From contig JAZSOG010000036.1 in the NCBI GenBank assembly GCA_045536845.1, positions 6,899 through 70,898 of the forward strand: 64,000 bases of DNA, given 5' to 3'. The notes beneath the pieces were generated by a model, which worked only from the letters and a program-made list of their open reading frames with translations, had not been told where the DNA came from and did no database searches. Numbering within the stretch: position 1 is the first letter of the stretch; the number at the start of each line of letters is the position of its first letter. The stretch comes from Kiritimatiellia bacterium (GTDB taxonomy: Bacteria > Verrucomicrobiota > Kiritimatiellia > RFP12 > UBA1067). Below, piece by piece: positions 36,765 through 45,726 of this stretch. The position numbers and the translations under genes were made by a program.

Positions 36765-37606
36765 AGAAATCCTTTCTTCGTGTCGCCGTATACCTCGCTT
36801 TTGCGGCTACGCGTCTCGCTTGGCGGCAGTGATGCGTCCCAGACGCGTATGCTGTCGTCGATGCGCGAGGTATAGGCCTTGGTCAGGCTCTCGAGCTGCT
36901 TTTCGAGATTCTTCTGCGTGGCATCGGAAGGATCGTCCATCCCGTCCCATGCGACTTTTGCGATGCTGTAGTCGTTTCCGAGGACAACCGTTATGTAGTC
37001 CGGCTTCGATATGTCTGCCTCAATTGCCGCGAGCGCCCTGAACTCTTCACGGCAGGTCTCGAGAAGCTTCAGCGCTGCAAGGGCGCGGCCTGAGAGAGTG
37101 TGACCCTTTTCAGTTCCTGGCGCGGCGGCTTCGCGTATTATCGGCAGCATCTGGGTGCCGCTTGACGAGATGAAGACGACACCCTCGGTGTCGGCTACGC
37201 GGCCTGAGTCCTTCTTTTCGCCCTTGATGCCGAGACGCACGACGGGAACACGCTCTTCGACGGTGATGGAAACCTTGTCAGGCAGGTGACGCGCGATCGA
37301 AATCTCCCTGATGTTGGGAATCTTCTTCATCGTCTCCTTGCGCTTTTCGTCGAAGTCGATCAGCGCGAGATTTGCACCGTTCTTGAGGCCGAACATGTAC
37401 GCGATCACATCGGCGCGGACCATCTTGCCGTCTGTGATCGAGACTTGCGACGAGACATCGGTTATGACGCACTGCTCAAGCCAGATGTCGCGCAGGCGGT
37501 TGTACGCCACGGCGAGGCCAATGATCGCGGCAACGCACACGACGGTGCCGAGGACGATCAGTATTCGCTTTCCGCCGTTCGAGCTCTTTATCTTGTTCTC
37601 TTTCAT
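36761..37606 (-). CDS. ftsQ: Cell division protein FtsQ (TM + POTRA)
   Basis: It has a single N-terminal TM helix and a POTRA-like region (IREISIARHLPDKVSITVEERVPV). It is positioned between ddl and ftsA. Confidence 0.75.
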   Translation of the reverse strand: MKENKIKSSNGGKRILIVLGTVVCVAAIIGLAVAYNRLRDIWLEQCVITDVSSQVSITDGKMVRADVIAYMFGLKNGANLALIDFDEKRKETMKKIPNIREISIARHLPDKVSITVEERVPVVRLGIKGEKKDSGRVADTEGVVFISSSGTQMLPIIREAAAPGTEKGHTLSGRALAALKLLETCREEFRALAAIEADISKPDYITVVLGNDYSIAKVAWDGMDDPSDATQKNLEKQLESLTKAYTSRIDDSIRVWDASLPPSETRSRKSEVYGDTKKGFL

Positions 37607-37611
37607 CTATG

Positions 37612-38523
37612 TCAGTCGTGTTTGGCGCTTGAGAGTATGCGGTCGCAGACGCCGGCGAAGGTGAGGCCAGTCTTCATTCCCGCCTTCGGCACGAGCGAGT
37701 GCGAGGTGAAGCCGGGGGAGGTATTCAGTTCAAGCACGTAGCAGCGCCCGAGCGGAGACGCGCGAAAGTCGACGCGCGTAACTCCTCGGCAGCCGACGGC
37801 CTTGTAGGCGTCCACGGCGATCTTCTGCATCTTCTGCGCGAGCTCGCCGTCTTCGAGGAAGGGGTAGCGCGTTTCGTTCGAGTCGTATTTCTCGTGGTAG
37901 CCGTACCAGCCGTTTGGCGCGACGATCTCGAGGACTGGAAGCGGCTCGCCGTCGATCACGCCGACGGTGAATTCGCGCCCGGGAATGAACTCCTCGACGA
38001 GGACGGTAGGCGGCGACGATTTTGCGTTCTCGGCGCTGATGGCCTTGAATGCGTCTTCGAGCGCGCTTTTCCACTCCTCTTGCTTAGAGACTTTTGAGAT
38101 TCCAACGGAAGAGCCGTCGCACGGCGGCTTCACTACGACGGGAAGGGGAAGAGGGGATTTCTCGGTGTCGGGGTTCGCGAGCCCCCACGCGGCGGTCGGG
38201 ACGCCATTCATTTCAAGAACCATCTTCGTCTTGACCTTGTCCATCGCGATTTGCGAAGCCGCAGCGCCTGGGCCTGTGTAGGGGACGCCGAGCTTGTCGA
38301 GAGCGAGTTGAACGCCGCCGTTTTCACCCCAGCCGCCGTGGAGCGCGATATAGGCGGCGTCTACGTCCTTTGGCATTGCGTCGAGGTTGTCTGCGTCAAG
38401 GACGATAGGCACAACCTCGTATTTCCCGAGGCTCGCGAGCGCCTCTGCGACGTTTCGTCCGCTCTGCAGCGAAACCTCGCGCTCGCTCGAAGTTCCACCC
38501 ATCAAAACAGCAATTTTCTTCAT
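37612..38523 (-). CDS. ddl: D-alanine--D-alanine ligase
   Basis: It has the ATP-grasp layout. Motifs are ALHGGWGENGGVQ, VVKPP.DGSSVGI and LELNTSPG. Confidence 0.9.
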   Translation of the reverse strand: MKKIAVLMGGTSSEREVSLQSGRNVAEALASLGKYEVVPIVLDADNLDAMPKDVDAAYIALHGGWGENGGVQLALDKLGVPYTGPGAAASQIAMDKVKTKMVLEMNGVPTAAWGLANPDTEKSPLPLPVVVKPPCDGSSVGISKVSKQEEWKSALEDAFKAISAENAKSSPPTVLVEEFIPGREFTVGVIDGEPLPVLEIVAPNGWYGYHEKYDSNETRYPFLEDGELAQKMQKIAVDAYKAVGCRGVTRVDFRASPLGRCYVLELNTSPGFTSHSLVPKAGMKTGLTFAGVCDRILSSAKHD

Positions 38524-38530
38524 TGCGGAT

Positions 38531-38539
38531 ATTATACCA
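38531..38539 (-). promoter_or_regulatory. Extended -10 TGGTATAAT for ddl, 7 nt from the ATG (leaderless-type)
   Basis: The plus strand reads attatacca at 38531-38539. The ddl start codon ends at 38523. Confidence 0.7.
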
Positions 38540-38545
38540 AAAATA

Positions 38546-38581
38546 GGAGTCAGGGGTCAGGGGTCAGGAGTCAGGAGTCAG
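38546..38581 (+). repeat. 5 x GGAGTCA/GGGGTCA heptamer array between the divergent ddl and murC/B promoters
   Basis: Read directly: ggagtca ggggtca ggggtca ggagtca ggagtca g. Confidence 0.9.
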
Positions 38582-38592
38582 TACATCTTATT

Positions 38593-38601
38593 TGGTATAA
38601 T
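38593..38601 (+). promoter_or_regulatory. Extended -10 TGGTATAAT, 8 nt before the murC/B ATG (leaderless-type)
   Basis: Read directly: tatTTGGTATAATatccgaaaATG. Confidence 0.7.
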
Positions 38602-38609
38602 ATCCGAAA

Positions 38610-40451
38610 ATGAGCAGTCAGAGGAGAGTGCATTTCATTGGCATAGGCGGGGTCGGGATGGCCGCGCTTGCCGTGCTTCTCAAGAACAGGGGATGCGCGG
38701 TGTCGGGCTGTGACCTCTCGCGAAGCGCGCGCACAGACTGGCTTGAGTCACTTGGCGTTTCCGTCGCATTGGGGCACGACCCTGCCCATGTGGAAGGCGT
38801 TGACGAAGTCGTTGCGACTCCTGCCGTCGCGCGAGACAATCCAGAACTTGTCGCCTCTGCCGGGCGCGTGCGGATGCGCGGTGAAGTCCTTGCCGAAGTC
38901 GTAAACGCCGCGGCCGACTCGATAGCCGTCTGCGGCAGCCACGGCAAGACAACTACGTCGACTTTCGTTGCGAAACTTCTACTTGCGCTTGGCGAAGACG
39001 TTGAATGGGCAATTGGCGGCGAGACAGGCGATTTTCCCGTCGCAGGCGGGAAGGGCGTGCTTGTTGTCGAAGCGGACGAATCAGACGGAACGCTCGCGCT
39101 TTATCGCGCCAAGACGCTCGTCGTAACAAACTGTGACTACGACCACCCTGACCATTTCAAGACGAGAGCCGACTACGACGCCTGTTTCAACACGGCGCGG
39201 CGGCAGTCTGGTGATGTCATAGAAGGCGAAGGACTCGCGCCGCTTGAGTTTCTCGACGCGATAGACGCTTTTGCCGCTCTCGCGCCGCACAACAAGAAAA
39301 ACGCCCGCGCAGCAGTTGAAGTCGCGCTTCGTCGCGGACACTCACCAGAGACAATAGCTGCCGCGCTACCAGAGGCGGTCGCGTCGCTTCCCGACAGGCG
39401 CTTTCAGAAACTAATAGACGGCGTATACACTGACTACGCGCACCACCCTGCGGAGATGGAGTGCGCAGTTGCGATGGCGCGGCAGATCTGCCGCGGAGTC
39501 TTGCGTGTTATTTTCCAGCCGCACCGCTATTCGCGCACGAAGGCGCTTCTTTCGGACTTCCCCGCGTCTTTCGCGCTTGCGGACGAAGTCGTGCTTTGCC
39601 CCGTCTATGCAGCATTTGAGCCGCCGATTGAAGGCGGCGATATTGCCGATCTCTACAAGGCGACGCGCGATGCGGGAGTGCGCGTCATGCTCGCGCGAAG
39701 CTGCGAAGAAGCGTGGGAACACGCGCGCAATTCAATGGGGATTGACGACGTGACGCTTCTTCTTGGCGCTGGCGACATCATCGCGCTCGCGCCGATCGTC
39801 AGGCGGGGCGCAGATACGGTGCTTAAGAAAATCCTTATTGGCCACGGCTCGAATACCTGGAAGAGCGACTTGAACCTCTCTGTCGAATATGTAAAGGCCA
39901 ACGGTCCCGCAGGGGAGAGCGGCGCGACGCTTCTTGCCGCGTATCCGTCGCTATGTCCGTGGATGGCTGGAATCCCCGGGACGATTGGTGGCTGGGTGAA
40001 GATGAACGCAGGCGCGTTCGGACATTCTATTTCCGAAGTCATCTCGGCCGTCAAGGTTGACGGCAAATGGATCCCAGCCGAGGAATGCGGCTTTGGCTAC
40101 CGCACAAGCGCGATCAGCGGCGAGATTCAGGATGTGAAGTGGCGCAATTCCGTCTGCGAAGAGGGAACGCCTGCGGACTTCCTCGCAAGGCGCAAGAACT
40201 TCCCGCCTGGGACGAAGGGGAGCGTCTTCAAGAATCCCCCTGGCGACTTTGCGGGACGGCTTCTCGAAGAAGCGGGCGCGAAGGGGCTTAGAGTCGGCGG
40301 TGCATATGTCTGGGAGGAGCATGCTAATGTCATCGTCTCTGGTCCTGGTGCGACGCCTAGCGACTTCCTTGCGCTTTCGCGGCTTATGCGAAACAAGGTC
40401 CTTTTCAAGTTCGGCATTCGCCTTGAGCCCGAGGTGACGGGCCTCGCCTGA
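38610..40451 (+). CDS. murC/murB: Fused UDP-N-acetylmuramate--L-alanine ligase (MurC) / UDP-N-acetylenolpyruvoylglucosamine reductase (MurB, short form)
   Basis: The N-terminal ~400 aa carry MurC motifs (HFIGIGGVGMAALA, GSHGKTTT, DYAHHP). The C-terminal ~200 aa carry MurB motifs (IGHGSN, GIPGTIGGWVKMNAGAFG, FGYRTS, SVFKNP). The first ~70 aa of a normal MurB FAD domain seem absent. Confidence 0.85.
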   Translation: MSSQRRVHFIGIGGVGMAALAVLLKNRGCAVSGCDLSRSARTDWLESLGVSVALGHDPAHVEGVDEVVATPAVARDNPELVASAGRVRMRGEVLAEVVNAAADSIAVCGSHGKTTTSTFVAKLLLALGEDVEWAIGGETGDFPVAGGKGVLVVEADESDGTLALYRAKTLVVTNCDYDHPDHFKTRADYDACFNTARRQSGDVIEGEGLAPLEFLDAIDAFAALAPHNKKNARAAVEVALRRGHSPETIAAALPEAVASLPDRRFQKLIDGVYTDYAHHPAEMECAVAMARQICRGVLRVIFQPHRYSRTKALLSDFPASFALADEVVLCPVYAAFEPPIEGGDIADLYKATRDAGVRVMLARSCEEAWEHARNSMGIDDVTLLLGAGDIIALAPIVRRGADTVLKKILIGHGSNTWKSDLNLSVEYVKANGPAGESGATLLAAYPSLCPWMAGIPGTIGGWVKMNAGAFGHSISEVISAVKVDGKWIPAEECGFGYRTSAISGEIQDVKWRNSVCEEGTPADFLARRKNFPPGTKGSVFKNPPGDFAGRLLEEAGAKGLRVGGAYVWEEHANVIVSGPGATPSDFLALSRLMRNKVLFKFGIRLEPEVTGLA

Positions 40452-40454
40452 ATA

Positions 40455-40463
40455 TGATATAAT
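40455..40463 (+). promoter_or_regulatory. Extended -10 TGATATAAT driving the thiS riboswitch leader
   Basis: Read directly: aataTGATATAATatcc. Confidence 0.65.
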
Positions 40464-40465
40464 AT

Positions 40466-40550
40466 CCGCCAAACGGGGTGCTGCGGCGCATGGTGCGCGG
40501 CGGCTGAGATGAGACCCGCAGAACCTGATCCGGGTAATGCCGGCGGAGGA
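40466..40550 (+). promoter_or_regulatory. TPP (THI-box) riboswitch upstream of thiS-thiF
   Basis: Conserved core reads GGGGUGC ... GGCUGAGA ... ACCC ... GAACCUGAUCCGGGUAAUGCCGGCG. P1 pairs CCGCC with GGCGG, next to the GGAGGAAG ribosome-binding site. Confidence 0.9.
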
Positions 40551-40556
40551 AGAAAA

Positions 40557-40757
40557 ATGAAGATCAAGTACCAAGGCGAAGTCGTCGATACGACGGCGAA
40601 AAATGTTGCCGAGTTTCTCTCGGCCCAGGGCGTAGACCCAGCGAAGGCGATTGTCGAATACGGCGGCGAAGTGTATGCGCCAGGCGCGGACCTTGCGTCG
40701 CTTGCGCTAAAGGCAGAAGCGCCTCTCGACGTGTTTAAGCTGACGGCGGGAGGCTGA
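40557..40757 (+). CDS. thiS: Sulfur carrier protein ThiS
   Basis: ORF 40509 trimmed to ATG 40557. It is 66 aa with a ubiquitin-like pattern ending in GG and lies downstream of the TPP riboswitch. Confidence 0.8.
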   Translation: MKIKYQGEVVDTTAKNVAEFLSAQGVDPAKAIVEYGGEVYAPGADLASLALKAEAPLDVFKLTAGG

Positions 40758-40758
40758 G

Positions 40759-41358
40759 ATGGCGGCAAACACGTATCTCACGCCCGAAGAGCGCGCCGCA
40801 CTTGAGTCTGTGCGCGTCGGCATCGCGGGCGCTGGCGGACTCGGCTCCAACTGCGCGATGCATCTCGTGCGCTCGGGCGTGAAGCACATCACGATCGCCG
40901 ACTTCGACGTCGTTAATGAATCCAACCTCAACAGGCAGTTCTTCTTCCGCTACCAGATCGGGCAGAAGAAGGTCGAGGCGCTGAAGGAGAATCTTCTCAG
41001 GATCGAGCCGGATGTCGACATCAAGGCCGTCGACCTTAGGCTCGACACGGCTTCGACGCGTTCTGTCTTCGCAGACTGTGCGATCGTCGTGGAGGCGTTC
41101 GACGTCGTTGACGCGAAGGCGATGATCCTCGCCGCGCTCGTCGGCAGCGGAAAGAAGCTCGTCACGGCGAGCGGCCTTGCAGGATGGGGGCGGTCGAACG
41201 CGATACGCCTGCGCCGGATGGGGCCTGACATCGTCGCCATTGGCGACGGGGAAACGTCCGTCGGCAAGGGCGTCGCTCCGGTCTCTCCCCGTGTCGGAAT
41301 CGCCGCGGCGATGGAGGCCAACGCGGTGGTCTCGCTTCTGCTGGGCTGCGAGCTTTAG
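40759..41358 (+). CDS. thiF: ThiF/MoeB-type E1-like adenylyltransferase (short form)
   Basis: It has the Rossmann motif IAGAGGLGSNCAMHLVRSGV and NLNRQFF. It lies directly after thiS. Confidence 0.8.
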   Translation: MAANTYLTPEERAALESVRVGIAGAGGLGSNCAMHLVRSGVKHITIADFDVVNESNLNRQFFFRYQIGQKKVEALKENLLRIEPDVDIKAVDLRLDTASTRSVFADCAIVVEAFDVVDAKAMILAALVGSGKKLVTASGLAGWGRSNAIRLRRMGPDIVAIGDGETSVGKGVAPVSPRVGIAAAMEANAVVSLLLGCEL

Positions 41359-41460
41359 CCGCCCCGCGGCGGCTGACTGCATCGCCGAACCCCCTCATTA
41401 CCAAATAGTCATCTTTCGGTAATGAGTCCGTAATCCTCATGCTGTATACTGTATGCAGCT

Positions 41461-43146
41461 ATGAGAGAAGTATTGTCAATTCTTGTGGTGGTCGGCGGTG
41501 GACTCGGCACGTTCCTGCTGGGGATGAAGCATCTGTCCGAGGGCCTCCAGTCCGTCAGCGGATCGGGCCTTCGCAGGTTCATGTCGCTTGCGACCACGCA
41601 CCGTCTGGCCGGAATCGGCACGGGCGTCGTGTCGACGATGATCGTCCAGTCGTCGTCGATCATCACCGTCATGACCGTCGGATTCGTTACGTCCGGCTTC
41701 ATGACGCTGCCGCAGGCGATCAACGTCATCATAGGCTCCAACATCGGCACGACGGCAACGGCGTGGATCATCGCGTTCGCGCCGGACGTGAAGACGCTCG
41801 GACTCCTCGTCGTGCTGCTGGGCGCAGCGCTCTATTTCTTCCAGAAGCGGGAGTGGCTGCACAACCTCGGCCTCGCGCTGATTGGGCTCGGCTTCGTCTT
41901 CATGGGCCTCTATTGGATGAAGGAGGGCATGGAGCCGGTCCGCACGATGCCGGCGGTGGTTGACGCGTTCAGGTCGCTCGACGCGACGACGGCGTGGGGA
42001 CTCGCCAAGTGCGTCCTCGTCTCGCTCGTGTTCACGGCCGTGGTGCAGTCCTCCGCCGCGACGACGGCGATCGCGATGACACTCGCGCAGCAGGGACTCC
42101 TCTCCTTCGAGGCCGCTGCGGCGACAGTCTTCGGAATGAACATTGGAACTACCGCGACCGCCTGGCTCGCCGCATTCAACGGATCTGCCGAAGCCCGGCA
42201 GACGGCCCTGGCCCACACGCTCTTCAATGTCGTCGGAACGATCATATTGATTCCGTTCTTTGTCCCTGTGATGCTGCCGGTCGCGACGTCGTTCTTCCCG
42301 CACTATGCGGACGCGGTCGTTGTCAACGGCGTTACGAGCTACCCGCACATGGCCGCGCCGATGGCGGCGGTGCATACGCTCTTCAACCTCGTTACGACGG
42401 CGGTGTTCGTCCCGTTCGTAAAGCCGTTCGCCAGGTTTGTCTCGCGCGTCATCCGCGCGCCGGAATCGGAGAAGCCGCACTTGAGTGCGCTCGACATGAC
42501 GAGCCGTCTTTCTCCCGTCATTGCCTGCGACCAGGCGCTGATGGAGGTGACGTTCATGCGTGACAGCGACATAGAGCTGCTCGGATGCGTGCGCAAGGTG
42601 CTTTCGGGAGAGGCGGACGAGCGGACGGAGGAGCACATCGCCCACCGCGAGGAAGTCCTGGACAACGTCCAGCGCGAAGTCACCGAGTTTCTTGGCAAGG
42701 TGATGTCGCGGCGGCTTTCCGGCGCAGTCGCGGCGCGTGCGCGAAGGCTCCTCAGGATGACCGACGAACTGGAGTCCGCCTCGGACGAGGCGGCGACGAT
42801 ACTCAAGGTGACGCGGCGATTGAGGAAGGGCGGACAGAACTTCTCCGCCCAGTCGCTCGGCGTGCTGCTCGGTGTGCACGACGGCATCGCTTCCTTCGCG
42901 GCGAAAGTCTCCGGGTACCTCAAGTCGCCGCGTCCGAAGTTCGACCTCTTGGCCGTCCAGGCGGAGTCCGCAGGGCTTCGCGACCTCGTGCGCGACAGCC
43001 GCAGGCGACAGCTCGACCGCGTAGGCCCTGACGATCCCAGCTCGCCCGTCCGAGTGTTGGTCGAGCTCGACATCCTCAACGCATACGAGAGGATCCGCGG
43101 ATACTACCTCAACATCGCCGAGACGCTTGCGGGAGGAAAGGGATGA
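41461..43146 (+). CDS. Na/Pi cotransporter family protein with PhoU-like C-terminal domain
   Basis: It has duplicated Na/Pi-cotransporter repeats (QSSSIITVMTVGF, QSSAATTAIAMTL, GSNIGTTATAW, GMNIGTTATAW) and a helical PhoU-like tail. Confidence 0.85.
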   Translation: MREVLSILVVVGGGLGTFLLGMKHLSEGLQSVSGSGLRRFMSLATTHRLAGIGTGVVSTMIVQSSSIITVMTVGFVTSGFMTLPQAINVIIGSNIGTTATAWIIAFAPDVKTLGLLVVLLGAALYFFQKREWLHNLGLALIGLGFVFMGLYWMKEGMEPVRTMPAVVDAFRSLDATTAWGLAKCVLVSLVFTAVVQSSAATTAIAMTLAQQGLLSFEAAAATVFGMNIGTTATAWLAAFNGSAEARQTALAHTLFNVVGTIILIPFFVPVMLPVATSFFPHYADAVVVNGVTSYPHMAAPMAAVHTLFNLVTTAVFVPFVKPFARFVSRVIRAPESEKPHLSALDMTSRLSPVIACDQALMEVTFMRDSDIELLGCVRKVLSGEADERTEEHIAHREEVLDNVQREVTEFLGKVMSRRLSGAVAARARRLLRMTDELESASDEAATILKVTRRLRKGGQNFSAQSLGVLLGVHDGIASFAAKVSGYLKSPRPKFDLLAVQAESAGLRDLVRDSRRRQLDRVGPDDPSSPVRVLVELDILNAYERIRGYYLNIAETLAGGKG

Positions 43147-44333
43147 AGAGGAGTGTTTCGAGTTTTGCCGCGGCGCTCGCGGCGTTGATCGTGGTGCGTG
43201 TCGCCGCGATGCTCGTTGCGCCCGTCTTCGAGCCGAGCGAGGCGCGCTACGCGGCGATTTCCGCGAACATGGCACGGACAGGGGACTGGTTTGTCCCGAG
43301 CTTTACGTACAAGGGCGTCTACCAGCCGTTCGCGGGGAAGCCTCCGTTCGCGTTCCAGGCGTCGGCGCTCTCGTGCAAGGCGCTCGGCGTGAGCGAGTTC
43401 GCGGTGCGTCTTCCGTCGCTCGTCTCCTGGCTTGCGCTTCTCGCAATCCTGTACTGGTCGGTGCGCGGGACTTCGTCGCGCGACGCGGCGATGCTTGCGG
43501 TGGGGCTCTGCGCGACGACCGTGTCGCTGTACATGATGTCCGGCATCTGCATGACCGACGCACTGCTCGTCTGCTGCGTATCGGGCGCCCTGCTTCTGTA
43601 CGCAACGCGCGACACTTCGCTGTATCCGGCTGTCGCGCTGCTCCTTGCACTCGGAACAGTCGTGAAGGGACCTGTCGCTCTGGCGCTGTTCGGGCTCCCA
43701 GCGCTCGCCGATGCAGTGATCGCGCGCAGGCTGCCTCCGCTTCCGCCTAAGCGCACGATTCTCTCGTTGTTTCTCTTCTTCGCTGTCGTCGTTTCGTACT
43801 TCGCCGCCGTGGAGGCGAACCAGCCCGGGTTTCTCAGGTACTTCATCGTCAACGAGAACATCATGCGCTTCCTTGTGCATGACTACGGCGACAGGTATGG
43901 GGCGGGACGCGAGACGTTCCGCGGCATGGCGGTGGTATGGACGCTTGTCGCTACGCTTCCGTGGTCGCTCGTCCCGTTCTTCAGGCGCCGTCTGCCGTCG
44001 CTTTCGTTTCACATGCTCTCGATTCTATGCATCACGCTGTTCTGGTGCCTCACGAGCAGGGTTCCGTTCACGTACCTCCTTCCGGTCGCCCCGCTCTTCG
44101 CCGCGCACCTCGCGACGCGTCCTGAAGAGTTCGGGATCGAACCCACGCGACTTCGGAGGCTTGTCCCGTTCGCCGCGGCGCTTGCGTGCGTCGTACTCTG
44201 CGGGGCGCTGTCTTACACGTACGCGTTCAACCGCAAGAAGATGCCCGGCGCATCCGCCCCGATGAAAGTCAGCGACCATTATTTTTCGTACGAGTTCTAC
44301 AACGGACCTTGGGGAGAGGGGGCGCCGAAATGA
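43143..44333 (+). CDS. ArnT/PMT-like (GT39/GT83-type) polytopic glycosyltransferase
   Basis: It has about 10 TM segments and an N-terminal loop, EPSEARYAAISANMARTGDW, typical of the ArnT/PMT_2 families. ATGA overlap with the upstream gene. Confidence 0.7.
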   Translation: MKRSVSSFAAALAALIVVRVAAMLVAPVFEPSEARYAAISANMARTGDWFVPSFTYKGVYQPFAGKPPFAFQASALSCKALGVSEFAVRLPSLVSWLALLAILYWSVRGTSSRDAAMLAVGLCATTVSLYMMSGICMTDALLVCCVSGALLLYATRDTSLYPAVALLLALGTVVKGPVALALFGLPALADAVIARRLPPLPPKRTILSLFLFFAVVVSYFAAVEANQPGFLRYFIVNENIMRFLVHDYGDRYGAGRETFRGMAVVWTLVATLPWSLVPFFRRRLPSLSFHMLSILCITLFWCLTSRVPFTYLLPVAPLFAAHLATRPEEFGIEPTRLRRLVPFAAALACVVLCGALSYTYAFNRKKMPGASAPMKVSDHYFSYEFYNGPWGEGAPK

Positions 44334-45076
44334 AGACGCTTGCGCTTGTCGTGCCTTGCCACAACGAGGCGAAGAGACTGGACGTCGACGCGTTTGTCCG
44401 CGCGGCGGAGGAGTGGCCGTGGATATCGTTCTGCTTCGTCGACGATGGTTCGACGGACGCCACGGCGGAGCTCCTCGCGCACATGGCGAACCTGTCTCCG
44501 TCGATGCATGCGATATACATCAACGAAAACGTCGGCAAGGCCGAGGCCGTGAGGCGCGGGGTCCTGCACGTCTGCTCCTACTCCGGGGCGGACTGCGTTG
44601 GGTTCTGGGATGCGGACCTCGCGACGCCGCTCGGGGAGATTCCGTCGTTCATGCGGGCGTTCGAGGAGCAGGGGCCGCTCAAGGCCGTGATAGGCTCGCG
44701 CTGGCCGCATCTCGGGACGGACATACGGCGCTCGGTGGCGCGCGGACTCGCCGGCGCGTTCGCGAAGTGGCTCATCAGGCGCACGCTCGGTGCGCCGGTG
44801 TGGGACACGCAGTGCGGGGCGAAGGTCTTCGCGTGCGACGTCGCGAAGGAGATATTCCGCGCACCGTTCAGATCGCGCTGGCTTTTCGACGTGGAGCTTC
44901 TCGCCCGCATCGGGAGAAGGCATCTGCGCCGCGACGTTCTGGAGCTTCCGCTCGCCGAGTGGTTCGACGTCCCGGGCTCGAAGGTGGGGCTTGGCGCGCT
45001 CCGTGAACTTCTGTCGCTTCCTTCCATTTGCCGCCAATCTTTGGTAGAATCTCGCTCATGCACGTTCTTATCATAG
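44330..45076 (+). CDS. GT2 family polyprenyl-phosphate glycosyltransferase (ArnC/DPG-synthase-like)
   Basis: ORF 44186 trimmed to ATG 44330 (ATGA overlap). Motifs are VVPCHNE, VDDGSTD and WDADL. Confidence 0.8.
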   Translation: MKTLALVVPCHNEAKRLDVDAFVRAAEEWPWISFCFVDDGSTDATAELLAHMANLSPSMHAIYINENVGKAEAVRRGVLHVCSYSGADCVGFWDADLATPLGEIPSFMRAFEEQGPLKAVIGSRWPHLGTDIRRSVARGLAGAFAKWLIRRTLGAPVWDTQCGAKVFACDVAKEIFRAPFRSRWLFDVELLARIGRRHLRRDVLELPLAEWFDVPGSKVGLGALRELLSLPSICRQSLVESRSCTFLS

Positions 45077-45726
45077 AAGACGACGCGAAGACAGCGGATT
45101 TCGTTGCGGGCGCGTTCAGGCAGTCCGGGTACGTCTGCACGATATGCGCGGACGGGCTGGAGGGATCCGCCGCCGCGCTTGCGAACGACTACGATGCGGC
45201 AGTCGTCGACATAATGCTCCCCGGTAAGGACGGGCTCTCAATAATCCGCTCGCTGCGCGCGGCCGGGAAGAACCTGCCCGTGATTGTCCTTTCCGCACGA
45301 GGCGAGGTAGACGCGCGGATCAAGGGGCTGGAGGCGGGAGCGGACGACTATCTTGCGAAGCCGTTCTCCGTCGCGGAGCTATTGGCGCGCGTGCAGGCGC
45401 TGATGAGGCGCGCGTCGCGCCACACCGAGTCGACGGTGCTTAAGGTCGAGGACCTCGAGATGGACCTCGTCTCGCACAAGGTGACGCGCGGCGGCGAGCG
45501 GATAAGCCTCCAGCCCCTCGAGTACCAGCTTCTCGAGTACCTCATGCGCAACCGCGGCAGGGTCGTGTCGCGCAACACCATCCTCGAGCGCGTGTGGGAC
45601 TACGACTTCGATCCGCACACCAACGTCGTCGAGGCGCGCGTCTGCCGTCTCCGCGAGAAGATCGACAGGAACTCTCCGCGCAAGCTGATCTCGACGGTGA
45701 GGGGGGTGGGCTATGTCCTCGGCTGA
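45058..45726 (+). CDS. OmpR-family response regulator
   Basis: ORF 45028 trimmed to ATG 45058 (MHVLIIEDD). It has a receiver Asp context (AVVDIMLPGKDG) and a winged helix (VRGVGYVL). Confidence 0.9.
   Translation: MHVLIIEDDAKTADFVAGAFRQSGYVCTICADGLEGSAAALANDYDAAVVDIMLPGKDGLSIIRSLRAAGKNLPVIVLSARGEVDARIKGLEAGADDYLAKPFSVAELLARVQALMRRASRHTESTVLKVEDLEMDLVSHKVTRGGERISLQPLEYQLLEYLMRNRGRVVSRNTILERVWDYDFDPHTNVVEARVCRLREKIDRNSPRKLISTVRGVGYVLG

Noticed and set aside
41394-41426. The 9-bp inverted repeat CTCATTACC-N15-GGTAATGAG, and the AGCCGCC-ccgc-GGCGGCT hairpin after thiF, as a regulatory RNA.
   Set aside because: They are plausibly just thiF terminator or spacer hairpins with no U-run. The evidence is too little to call anything more.
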